Made by a program: the position numbers and the translations under genes
The notes under the pieces: generated by a model
The model's input: only the letters and a program-made list of their open reading frames with translations
The model's database searches: none
Told to the model about the DNA's origin: nothing
Part shown: piece after piece, positions 18,920 to 27,126 of the stretch
How the letters are laid out: every line of letters begins with the position of its first letter
Position numbering within the stretch: the first letter of the stretch is position 1
Assembly: GCA_033764315.1 (NCBI GenBank)
Contig: JANRJA010000006.1
Location: 1-47,319, forward strand
Length of the DNA: 47,319 bases
Direction: 5' to 3'
Source of the DNA: Oculatellaceae cyanobacterium bins.114
Lineage (GTDB): Bacteria > Cyanobacteriota > Cyanobacteriia > Elainellales > Elainellaceae

Positions 18920-20224
18920 ATGACCCCAACTCTTCTTCCCTCCTCCGCTACATTTTGTTTAAATTCCCCTACGGTTCATCGGCTTCCCAATGGATTGACC
19001 ATTGTTGCTGAGCAGATGCCTGTTGAGGCGGTTAACCTCAGCCTCTGGTTGGGTATTGGCTCTGCGATCGAGTCAGATGCGATCAATGGCATGGCTCATT
19101 TCTTAGAACACATGATTTTTAAGGGCACTCAACGGTTAAAGTTGGGTGAGTTTGAACGCCACATTGAGCAGCGTGGGGCAGTGACCAACGCCGCCACTAG
19201 TCAAGACTATACCCACTACTACATCACAACGGCTCCGCGCGATTTTGCTGAATTAGCACCCTTACAAATTGAAGTGGCACTCAATGCTGCCATTCCAGAT
19301 GAAGAGTTTGAGCGAGAGCGATCGGTCATTCTTGAAGAAATTCGTCGAGCCAATGACAATCCTCGTCGGCGCACGTTTTATCGATCTATGGAAATGGCGT
19401 TCGATCGCCTGCCCTATCGTCGCCCAGTGTTGGGTTTGTCTGAAGTGGTGGAACGGTTGACACCGCAACAAATGCGTGATTTTCATGCGACCTGGTATAA
19501 GCCCCAATCCATGACTGCTGTTGCGGTGGGCAATCTGCCCGTAGAGCAGTTGATAGAGATCGTGGCAGAGAGCTTTGAGACGGCACAAGCCCACCGAGCT
19601 ATGCGATCGGATGCTCCTTTGCCAGCGTTGCCGACCCATGAACTAGAGCAACCGTTTGATCGCATTTTGCGCCAAGAATATGTAGACGAGAGCTTGCAAC
19701 AAGCCCGGATGGTCATGACCTGGCGAGTTCCGGGTATGGAGGATGTGGCACAAACCTATGCTCTGGATGCGCTGGCCTCTATTTTGAGTCAAGGACGTAC
19801 GGCTCGCCTGGTGCGTGAGTTGCGCGAAGACCAACAGTTGGTGACAGGTATCTCGGTCAGTAACATGACTTACACTACACAAGGGGTGTTTTATATCGTG
19901 GCTCAGTTGCCCCTTGAGAATGTGCCTGCGGTGGAAGCCGCGATCGCCCGTCATCTGCACCAATTGCAAACTGAGTTAGTCACTGATGCTGAGATTGACC
20001 GAGTGCGGACGGTGGTTGCCAATCGGTATATTTTTGCCAGTGAAACTCCAAGCGATCGCGCTGGATTGTATGGCTATTACCATGCGGTGATGGGTGATTT
20101 AGATCCAGCGTTGAACTATCCGACTTATATCCAAGCGTTGACTGCCCTAGATTTGCAAAGTGCAGCCCAGCGTTATTTGTCTCCAAATGCCTATGCCATG
20201 CTGGTGATGAAGCCTTCAATATAG
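18920..20224 (+). CDS. M16 family (pitrilysin-like) zinc peptidase
   Basis: GMAHFLEHMIFKGT (HxxEH), NAATSQDYTHYY and ERSVILEE. Confidence 0.92.
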   Translation: MTPTLLPSSATFCLNSPTVHRLPNGLTIVAEQMPVEAVNLSLWLGIGSAIESDAINGMAHFLEHMIFKGTQRLKLGEFERHIEQRGAVTNAATSQDYTHYYITTAPRDFAELAPLQIEVALNAAIPDEEFERERSVILEEIRRANDNPRRRTFYRSMEMAFDRLPYRRPVLGLSEVVERLTPQQMRDFHATWYKPQSMTAVAVGNLPVEQLIEIVAESFETAQAHRAMRSDAPLPALPTHELEQPFDRILRQEYVDESLQQARMVMTWRVPGMEDVAQTYALDALASILSQGRTARLVRELREDQQLVTGISVSNMTYTTQGVFYIVAQLPLENVPAVEAAIARHLHQLQTELVTDAEIDRVRTVVANRYIFASETPSDRAGLYGYYHAVMGDLDPALNYPTYIQALTALDLQSAAQRYLSPNAYAMLVMKPSI

Positions 20225-20312
20225 GCTTGAGTCAAGGTTGTCAAGACGCTGTTTTGGTCACTTGCCCTTGAGATGCCACAATGAGCAGTTGATCCCTAAC
20301 CCTACCCTAGCC

Positions 20313-21173
20313 ATGTGGAATCAGATTGCTGTACACATTCGTCAGGCAACTCAACACGATTTTCAGATCACCCATCGTCGTCCGGTGGGGGGTGGCAGCA
20401 TCAACCAAGCCTATGCTTTGGTAGGTGGAGACAGGGCATATTTCGTCAAAGTCAATGACGCTAGCCGTGTGAGGATGTTTGAGACAGAGGCGATCGCCCT
20501 CCGGCAAATCACTAAAACTCAGACGATCCGAGTCCCTCAGCCGATTGTGTGGGGTACGGCTAATGGGGTCTCTTATCTGGTGATGGAGTGGCTTGATCTC
20601 GGTTATGGCACCCATCAGTCCTGGCAAGAGATGGGGCAACGGTTGGCCGCCCTGCACCGGGTTACCAATTCACAAGGGTTTGGTTGGGATCAAGACAACG
20701 TCATTGGAGCCACCCCCCAACCCAATCCCTGGATGACTGACTGGGTAGAGTTTTTTACCGAACATCGGATTCGACATCAACTGCAACTGGCACGACGCCG
20801 CGGCGGACACTTTCCTAAACAAGATCAACTCCTGGCTACGATTCCTCAGATCTTGGCAGACCACAACCCTCAACCATCGCTGGTGCATGGCGATTTGTGG
20901 TCGGGCAATGCTGTTGTCACTCAGCTCGGAGAACCTGTGATCGTTGACCCTGCAACTTATTTTGGCGATCGCGAAGTAGACCTTGCCATGACTGAGCTAT
21001 TTGGCAGCTTCCCCAATGACTTCTACCGTGCTTACAATGACGCCTTTCCATTAGAACCGGGCTATCAACAGCGCAAAATTCTCTACAACCTTTATCACAT
21101 CCTCAACCATTTCAACCTGTTTGGCGGGGGATATGAATCGCAAGCCAATCGAATGATTGAGTCGTTAGTTTAA
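20313..21173 (+). CDS. Fructosamine/ketosamine kinase family protein
   Basis: VGGGSINQA, YFVKVN, HGDLWSGN and DPATYFGDREVDLAMTELFG. Likely start is ATG 20313. Confidence 0.92.
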   Translation: MWNQIAVHIRQATQHDFQITHRRPVGGGSINQAYALVGGDRAYFVKVNDASRVRMFETEAIALRQITKTQTIRVPQPIVWGTANGVSYLVMEWLDLGYGTHQSWQEMGQRLAALHRVTNSQGFGWDQDNVIGATPQPNPWMTDWVEFFTEHRIRHQLQLARRRGGHFPKQDQLLATIPQILADHNPQPSLVHGDLWSGNAVVTQLGEPVIVDPATYFGDREVDLAMTELFGSFPNDFYRAYNDAFPLEPGYQQRKILYNLYHILNHFNLFGGGYESQANRMIESLV

Positions 21174-21184
21174 AGGCAAGGCAA

Positions 21185-21280
21185 GGAGAGACGCGATTAA
21201 TCGCGTCTCTCCCTCCTGTATAGTCGCGTCTCTCCTTGCTGTATGGTCACGTCTCCCCTTCCCAACAATCGCCTCTCTCC
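21185..21280. repeat. Perfect 28-bp palindrome followed by about 23-bp tandem half-repeats
   Basis: GGAGAGACGCGATTAATCGCGTCTCTCC at 21185-21212; TC(G/A)C(G/C)TCTC units at 21201, 21224, 21247 and 21269. Confidence 0.7.
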
Positions 21281-21307
21281 TATCCATTACGTGTTATGCT
21301 GAAATCT

Positions 21308-21401
21308 GACTCGGACCTACGCGATTACAACGCCCAAATCTTGTCAGGACCGGAAGGTAGCAGCAATACGGGATGCTTGGAATAGGCGTGGACTCCGGGT
21401 C
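21308..21401 (+). ncRNA. ffs: Signal recognition particle RNA (small bacterial type, 4.5S)
   Basis: Conserved domain IV TCAGGACCGGAAGGTAGCAGC. Terminal pairing GACTCGGA...TCCGGGTC is followed by a T-run, and an extended -10 TGnTATGCT lies at 21292-21300. Confidence 0.93.
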
Positions 21402-21487
21402 TCTTTTTTGGTAGGCAGTAGGATAAATTTACTCCTATGCTAGAGCTAATACCCTACCGCCAACCGTATTAAGGAGTGGTTTTAGCA

Positions 21488-21871
21488 ATGCCTGGATTTG
21501 GAGATTTGGTGCAAAAGGCGTTTTACCTCGGAGTCGGCATCGCTTCCTATGCGGGTGAAAAAGCAAGCAGCACCCTGACAGAATTGCGATCGCAGGCTCA
21601 AAAGTTAGCCGATGAAATGGTGGCTCGTGGTGAGATCACCGCCGACGAAGCCAAGCGGATGGTTGACGAGATGGTCAGTCGAGCACAACAACCTCCGACC
21701 TCCTCAAGCCCATCATCGAGTGAGAAATCAGAGCCACGTCGCATTGAGATTCTCTCAGATGATGAACCCCCGGTCGAAACTAAATCTGAGACTAAGCCTG
21801 AAGCTGTTGATGATTTGCGTCAACAAGTGCTTAACTTGCAAGAAGAATTGCGCCGACTAAAGCGAGACTAG
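21488..21871 (+). CDS. Conserved cyanobacterial phasin/PhaF-like coiled-coil protein
   Basis: MPGFGDLVQKAFYLGVG...QKLADEMVARGE...EPRRIEI pattern, with AAGGAG upstream. Confidence 0.75.
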   Translation: MPGFGDLVQKAFYLGVGIASYAGEKASSTLTELRSQAQKLADEMVARGEITADEAKRMVDEMVSRAQQPPTSSSPSSSEKSEPRRIEILSDDEPPVETKSETKPEAVDDLRQQVLNLQEELRRLKRD

Positions 21872-22036
21872 TTATAGCAAATAGCCATGTCTTGTAGGAA
21901 TGGGTTGGGTGCTCAATGTTCCACCCATTCTGATCAAGATTGACCTATGACCGAAATCTACATGTTGCCGGAATTTACATGTTGCGGGAATCTGAAGGTT
22001 ACGGAAACCGAACACGTAAAGCGAGAAGGGGCAGAT

Positions 22037-22501
22037 ATGGAGGATTGGCAGCGGGAGTTTTATAAGGTGCTAGATGAAATGACTGAAACTGTCGATGAGT
22101 TTGTTCAAACCTTGATGCGAGACGTTAACAAAGCCGCCGATGAGTTTGTTGATTTCTCAGAGAGCATTGCCGAGCAGATTGAGCAAACGATCGCCTCAGA
22201 AATCGACAAGTTTGACGAACAAATGGATGATTGGGTTGAGCCAATGTTGCAGGCGATCGCCCTATTTGAGTCAGTCTTGGGGCAAACGACCGAACCCGTT
22301 AGCCAAACCCTTGAACCGATGCTAAATGAGCATTCTGTCTGTATCGGATGCCGTCATTATCATGGTCAGAGTTACAACGGAGTGATGTTTGTCTGCGCTA
22401 TGCACCCCTATGGAGTGGCTGAGGGAGATTTGACCTGCCCTGATAAAGAGAGCCATCCCTGGATTCCTAAAAGCACTGATTTCTTTGACGATCATCATTA
22501 A
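22037..22501 (+). CDS. Hypothetical protein: acidic helical region plus C-terminal Cys/His cluster
   Basis: C-terminal CIGCRHYHG...VCAMHPYG...CPD motif. Likely start is ATG 22037 (the track starts at 21947). Confidence 0.75.
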   Translation: MEDWQREFYKVLDEMTETVDEFVQTLMRDVNKAADEFVDFSESIAEQIEQTIASEIDKFDEQMDDWVEPMLQAIALFESVLGQTTEPVSQTLEPMLNEHSVCIGCRHYHGQSYNGVMFVCAMHPYGVAEGDLTCPDKESHPWIPKSTDFFDDHH

Positions 22502-22510
22502 CGATCATTA

Positions 22511-22673
22511 ACGTCAGTTCGGTTTAAGCAGCCCAGCGAATAAATTCGCGGCTACCAGAACGAAGTCTGCCTTCGCAGACTGGCAAAATCAAAGGTTTAC
22601 TGAACCGACGTAGGTCGGTTTTGTCCCTATAGCAGCGGTTTCAACCGCCAAAATCTTTATCCCAAACTCAGGT
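22511..22673. mobile_element. MITE (163 bp) with imperfect terminal inverted repeats and an 8-bp target-site duplication
   Basis: Starts ACGTCAGTTCGGTTTAAG and ends TTTATCCCAAACTCAGGT, flanked by GATCATTA at 22503-22510 and 22674-22681. It contains several internal hairpins. Confidence 0.72.
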
Positions 22674-22709
22674 GATCATTAAAAACGTCCCTTTGCTAAA
22701 TCCAGGTAA

Positions 22710-22782
22710 GATTTATGGACGCTGATTTTTACAGCAGAGGGTTTCGCAAAATGCCCTGACAAAATTCATACAGCGATCAGCA
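22710..22782 (+). repeat. About 75-bp direct repeat, family C, copy 1
   Basis: GATTTATGGACGCTGATTTTTACAGCAG...AAATTCAT...GATCAGCA matches 24072-24146. Confidence 0.65.
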
Positions 22783-22895
22783 ACACCAAACTGTTTATTC
22801 ACATGAGCCACCTGATCCATCCTCAAGACCTTAAGGTTGCTGATGTTTTAGATAGACTGAGTTGGCTGTAGAGGCTTTGTCGGTTTAATCACGGT

Positions 22896-23654
22896 CTATT
22901 GTTCACGTACAATTTGCTCTTGCACAAAAGGCTCTTGCACAAAAGGGTTTCCTATAACGCCATCTAACTCGACCGACTGCAACAGCGATCGCCAATCATT
23001 TAAAATCTCTGCATTCTCTGGCGAGTCTTGTCGAGCCTGGGCTAAAGTGGCGATCGCTTCAACCCAAATTCCGGCATTGGCGTAACGGCTAGCCAACTGG
23101 TGAGGAGTGGCCTGTTCGCTCAGCGTCGAGAGGTCTGCTGGAGGCTCCACTCGTCGGACTATGCCATACACCCCAATGGGGTGATCGTCGTCACAAATGA
23201 GGCTAAACCCCCACTCGTAATCTTTGCCCATTTGCAAAGCGGGTAGATCCGCAGACAACGGAAGTCGCAGAATTCCTGCCTGTTCTGGCAATGGCAAGCG
23301 AACTAAATAGAGGAGCTCTTGGGTATCACTATCGCTCAGCCAAAACTCTGTCCAAATCTCTCCTTCGGGGCGATCGCTGATGTCTGACAAAGCGGGTACA
23401 GCGACAAAAAAGTCAGGGTGGGTTGAGACGGTCAGGACAGCTTCATGTTCAGGCACCAAAGCTAACAGACGCGATCGCCGACAACCACACGGACACCCAG
23501 CATAATTAGGTTCTTGTCGTCGTTGTTGATATTCATGCGACAACCTGGTGTGTGGGTTAGCTCTAAACTCAACCTCTGCCTGGACTGGGGTAACAAGTAC
23601 TAGAGAGACCGCAAACAAAAGAAAACCCGATAGCGAGTGATAAAAGCGCAGCAT
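22896..23654 (-). CDS. DUF928 domain protein (exported)
   Basis: Signal peptide, LLALVP...LTVSTHPDFFVAVP, GKDYEWGFSLIC, YANAGIWVEAIATLA and WRSLLQSVEL, the typical DUF928 blocks. Confidence 0.85.
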   Translation of the reverse strand: MLRFYHSLSGFLLFAVSLVLVTPVQAEVEFRANPHTRLSHEYQQRRQEPNYAGCPCGCRRSRLLALVPEHEAVLTVSTHPDFFVAVPALSDISDRPEGEIWTEFWLSDSDTQELLYLVRLPLPEQAGILRLPLSADLPALQMGKDYEWGFSLICDDDHPIGVYGIVRRVEPPADLSTLSEQATPHQLASRYANAGIWVEAIATLAQARQDSPENAEILNDWRSLLQSVELDGVIGNPFVQEPFVQEQIVREQ

Positions 23655-24071
23655 AAAGTGGAATCATTCAACGCATCACCCTATTCTTCAGCGTGTCTTT
23701 AAGCAGTTCCCCAGAAAAGCAGTACTGCGTTTTAACTAGATTGATAACTTTTATACCTATTCTCTAAAGTAGTCTTAATTCCCAGGAAGGGTCTGGGGGA
23801 AGGAGGCCATGATCAGCTCAGAAATTGAGGTTGGAGCGAGTGAACATCGAAGCAATCAACCTTTCAAAACTTTTGTCAGTCAACTCAGTACACGGTTAGC
23901 CCTTAAAGAGAAATTGGTAGTTTTCTGAAAGTAATGATTTTTGAGTAAGGATTACCGAGAAATTTAGGGTGAGGGATAAAATCTACAGTTTGCAACCTGG
24001 AGTCGGGGGATGTGAGTAAATGAGCTGTCTTTACAAAAGTTTACTAAGACCGATATTGCTTAATCAGATGT

Positions 24072-24146
24072 GATTCATGGACGCTAATCCTTACAGCAGG
24101 AGCGTTTTGCGAAATGCCTCGACGAAATTCATGGAGTCGATCAGCA
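24072..24146 (+). repeat. About 75-bp direct repeat, family C, copy 2
   Basis: GATTCATGGACGCTAATCCTTACAGCAG...AAATTCAT...GATCAGCA matches 22710-22782. Confidence 0.65.
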
Positions 24147-24308
24147 GGGCATGGCTAAAACCGGCCAAAGGGTATTTGAGCCTATCCATCTGTTTCCCAA
24201 ATCTCTGACAGATCCCCCAATCCTTTGCAGCGAGAGGTGTTCACGGCATTTGCCAGACGCTACTTCTAATTGATAAGTAATTCTTTACCTTTTGAATAGC
24301 AACTTCGT

Positions 24309-24406
24309 ATCAAATTCCATATTGATTTTTTCCCATTAAACGTTAGACTTTTTTAAGATAGATTTTTAGCTATCCTAAGTCACTCATCTATAGACTTTTA
24401 TAGATG
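24309..24406 (+). promoter_or_regulatory. Putative LysR-type (CmpR/CcmR) operator region of the cmp operon
   Basis: TTA-N8-TAA (24343-24356), ATAG-N8-CTAT (24358-24373), CATCTATA-N6-TATAGATG (24385-24406) and ATCAA-N8-TTGAT (24309-24326). Confidence 0.5.
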
Positions 24407-24598
24407 CTTTTCCAAAGCTACTCGACGCTTTTTGTTGGTGTAGTTTCAAGTCTCGATTTTTCCCAAGATGGGCTAAAAAGCGGCTGGTTATCACCCTAAG
24501 TAGCTGATTCAGTTCAACCTGAGCAGAGACTTCAGCCATTTTTGCCCCCTGCAATATTGCGTGTTGATGCAACCCCGATTGGGCTGTTAGGAGGTTTT

Positions 24599-25957
24599 AT
24601 GTCTAATTTTTCACATTTGACTCGTCGTAAGTTTTTGGCAACCGCTGGAGCCTCAGCCACAGGAGCTATTCTCTTGCAAGGCTGTTTAGGCAATCCCCCT
24701 GCGTCTATGGTTGGGGCAGTTGAGACTACAGCGGCTCCTGCATCCCCTGTGGCGGCTGGAGATACACCTGAAACGACTGCCGTTAAATTGGGCTATATCC
24801 CCATTGTGGAATCGGCTCCTCTAATCGTCGCTCAAGTTAAAGGCTTCTTTGCAAAATATGGCATGACACAGGTTGAAGTGTCGAAGCAAGCCAGTTGGGC
24901 GGCTGCACGAGACAACGTCATTATTGGGTCTCAAGGAGGCGGGATTGATGGTGGACAATGGCAAATGCCCATGCCTCATTTGATTACTGAGGGCATCATC
25001 AGTAATGGAAATAAGGTGCCGATGTATGTTTTAGCTCAGTTAAATACTCAGGGAAATGGCATCGCGATCGCCAATGTCCACACGGGCAAAGAGATGGGCT
25101 TGAATCTGTCTAATGCAGCGGATTATGTTAAGGGATTTCAGGCTACCAACGGTCGTAAGTTTAAGGCAGCGTATACCTTTCCCAATGCCAATCAAGATTT
25201 CTGGATTCGTTATTGGTTTGCGGCAGGTGGCATTGACCCTGATCAAGATATCGATTTGTTGGCAGTTCCCTCAGCTGAAACTGTGCAAGGGATGCGGAAT
25301 GGCACGATGGATGCCTTTAGCACAGGCGACCCTTGGCCCTACCGGATCATCACCGATGGCATTGGCTTTTTGGCAGCGTTGACGGCTGAGATGTGGAAGT
25401 TTCACCCTGAGGAATATTTGGCAATTCGGGCAGATTGGGTGGATGCTAACCCCAAAGCCACTAAAGCATTGCTCAAAGGCGTTATGGAAGCTCAGCAGTG
25501 GTGTGATAAACCCGAAAACCGGGCAGAACTGGTTCAAATCGTGGCAGGACGCAACTTCTTCAACATTCCCAAAGAGGTTTTAGAGTCTCCCTACAACGGC
25601 AAATACACAATGGGAGATGGCAAGCCCGAAGTCAATGATTTCAAGCTAGGAGCTTTGTATTGGGCAGATGATTTGGGCAGCGTGTCCTATCCCTATAAGA
25701 GCCATGATCTGTGGTTCTTGACAGAAACCCTGCGCTGGAATTTTCACAATGGGGCGATCGCTGATATTGACACCGCTAAGAAATTAATCGATCGCGTCAA
25801 CCGTGAAGATCTCTGGCGCGAAGCGGCTCAGGAAGCAGGTTTCTCAGGTATTCCTAGTGGTACTTCTAGAGGGATTGAAACCTTCTTTGATGGCATCAAG
25901 TTTGATCCAGAAAACCCAGAAGCATACTTAAACAGCTTGCAGATTAAGCGGGTATGA
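24599..25957 (+). CDS. cmpA: Bicarbonate ABC transporter BCT1 substrate-binding lipoprotein
   Basis: TRRKFL Tat signal and LQGC lipobox. [13 protein letters not shown] and [15 protein letters not shown] are CmpA-type, whereas NrtA has GFIALTD and GAHIL. GGAGG precedes ATG 24599. Confidence 0.9.
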   Translation: MSNFSHLTRRKFLATAGASATGAILLQGCLGNPPASMVGAVETTAAPASPVAAGDTPETTAVKLGYIPIVESAPLIVAQVKGFFAKYGMTQVEVSKQASWAAARDNVIIGSQGGGIDGGQWQMPMPHLITEGIISNGNKVPMYVLAQLNTQGNGIAIANVHTGKEMGLNLSNAADYVKGFQATNGRKFKAAYTFPNANQDFWIRYWFAAGGIDPDQDIDLLAVPSAETVQGMRNGTMDAFSTGDPWPYRIITDGIGFLAALTAEMWKFHPEEYLAIRADWVDANPKATKALLKGVMEAQQWCDKPENRAELVQIVAGRNFFNIPKEVLESPYNGKYTMGDGKPEVNDFKLGALYWADDLGSVSYPYKSHDLWFLTETLRWNFHNGAIADIDTAKKLIDRVNREDLWREAAQEAGFSGIPSGTSRGIETFFDGIKFDPENPEAYLNSLQIKRV

Positions 25958-26009
25958 GGCTTGGTCATTTTTCTCTTCTTTTTTCCTTCTTTTTATTTAC
26001 GGAGTAACT

Positions 26010-26852
26010 ATGGTTGCAAACGCTAAGACTCAAACTGGTAATAGTGCGCTGATTACCAACCTCCAAGCCTATTGGAAGAAAAATTCTGAAAATATTGTGT
26101 TGCCGCTGGTGGGTATCTTAGGGTTCCTCGCGATTTGGCAATTAGTCTCATCGGCGGGTCTCACGAAACTGCCAGGACCCTTGAGCATCTGGACCGATGA
26201 GCGAACTCGCGTGCTTTTGTTGTATCCCTTTTATGACTTTGGTGGACTAGATAAAGGATTGTTTTGGCAAACCCTGGCGAGTTTAGGTCGCGTTGCCCAG
26301 GGGTACTCCGCTGCGGCGATCGTGGGGATTGGGTTAGGGGTGCTCGTCGGCACTAATCGCATCCTCAACAAAGCCCTTGATCCTATTTTTCAATTTCTGC
26401 GAATGGTTGCTCCTCTAGCGTGGGTGCCGATCGCCCTTGTTGCACTGCAACAAAACCAGCCCGCCGCTATCTTCGTGATTTTTATCACCGCTCTGTGGCC
26501 CATCTTAATTAACACCGCTGAAGGCGTCCGTCAGGTTCCTCAAGACTACATTAACGTGGCTCGTGTATTGCGGATTTCTCGCTGGAAGTACTTCTCTAAA
26601 GTGCTCATGCCCTCTGCATTGCCCTACATCTTCACCGGATTGAGAATTGCAATTGGTCTGGCATGGTTGGCGATTATTGCAGCTGAAATTGTGATGTCTG
26701 GTATCGTTGGCATCGGTTTCTTTATCTGGGATGCATACCAACAAAACTACGTCAGTGAAATTATTCTTGCTGTGGTTTATATCGGGGCAGTCGGTCTGTT
26801 GTTAGACAAACTTATAGTCTTCATTCAACGACTTATTTTGCCACAAGGATAA
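26010..26852 (+). CDS. cmpB: BCT1 permease
   Basis: NrtB/CmpB permease blocks (DKGLFWQTLASL, FQFLRMVAPLAWVPIAL, GLRIAIGLAWLAIIAAE), in an operon with cmpA. Confidence 0.88.
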   Translation: MVANAKTQTGNSALITNLQAYWKKNSENIVLPLVGILGFLAIWQLVSSAGLTKLPGPLSIWTDERTRVLLLYPFYDFGGLDKGLFWQTLASLGRVAQGYSAAAIVGIGLGVLVGTNRILNKALDPIFQFLRMVAPLAWVPIALVALQQNQPAAIFVIFITALWPILINTAEGVRQVPQDYINVARVLRISRWKYFSKVLMPSALPYIFTGLRIAIGLAWLAIIAAEIVMSGIVGIGFFIWDAYQQNYVSEIILAVVYIGAVGLLLDKLIVFIQRLILPQG

Positions 26853-26957
26853 CCGAGTCCTGAGTAGGGAGCGATGAGTAGATGGGTGAATGGGCTGGTG
26901 GGTGCATGAAATAACGCAATGATGAGCTTCACCCTCTTACGCCCTAACCATCTTTTC

Positions 26958-27027
26958 GCACAGGTGTTTTTGCACAGGTATTGTCATACAGACGTTTTCA
27001 CACAGACGTTTTCACACAGACGTTCTT
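26958..27027 (+). repeat. 14-bp tandem repeat, 5 units, in the cmpB-cmpC spacer
   Basis: GCACAGGTGTTTTT, GCACAGGTATTGTC, ATACAGACGTTTTC, ACACAGACGTTTTC, ACACAGACGTTCTT. Confidence 0.7.
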
Positions 27028-27126
27028 GCGTAAACGCGATTAATTGTGCCTCTCCCTACCTGCTCTCTCGCTTCTTTGTATTCTTTTCTCTTCCTTCTTT
27101 TTCCCTTCTTCTATTTTTTTTCACCT

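Noticed and set aside
21185-21280. 23-bp periodic repeats as a mini-CRISPR
   Set aside because: The period is too short, the units are degenerate copies of a palindrome arm, and there is no repeat-spacer structure.
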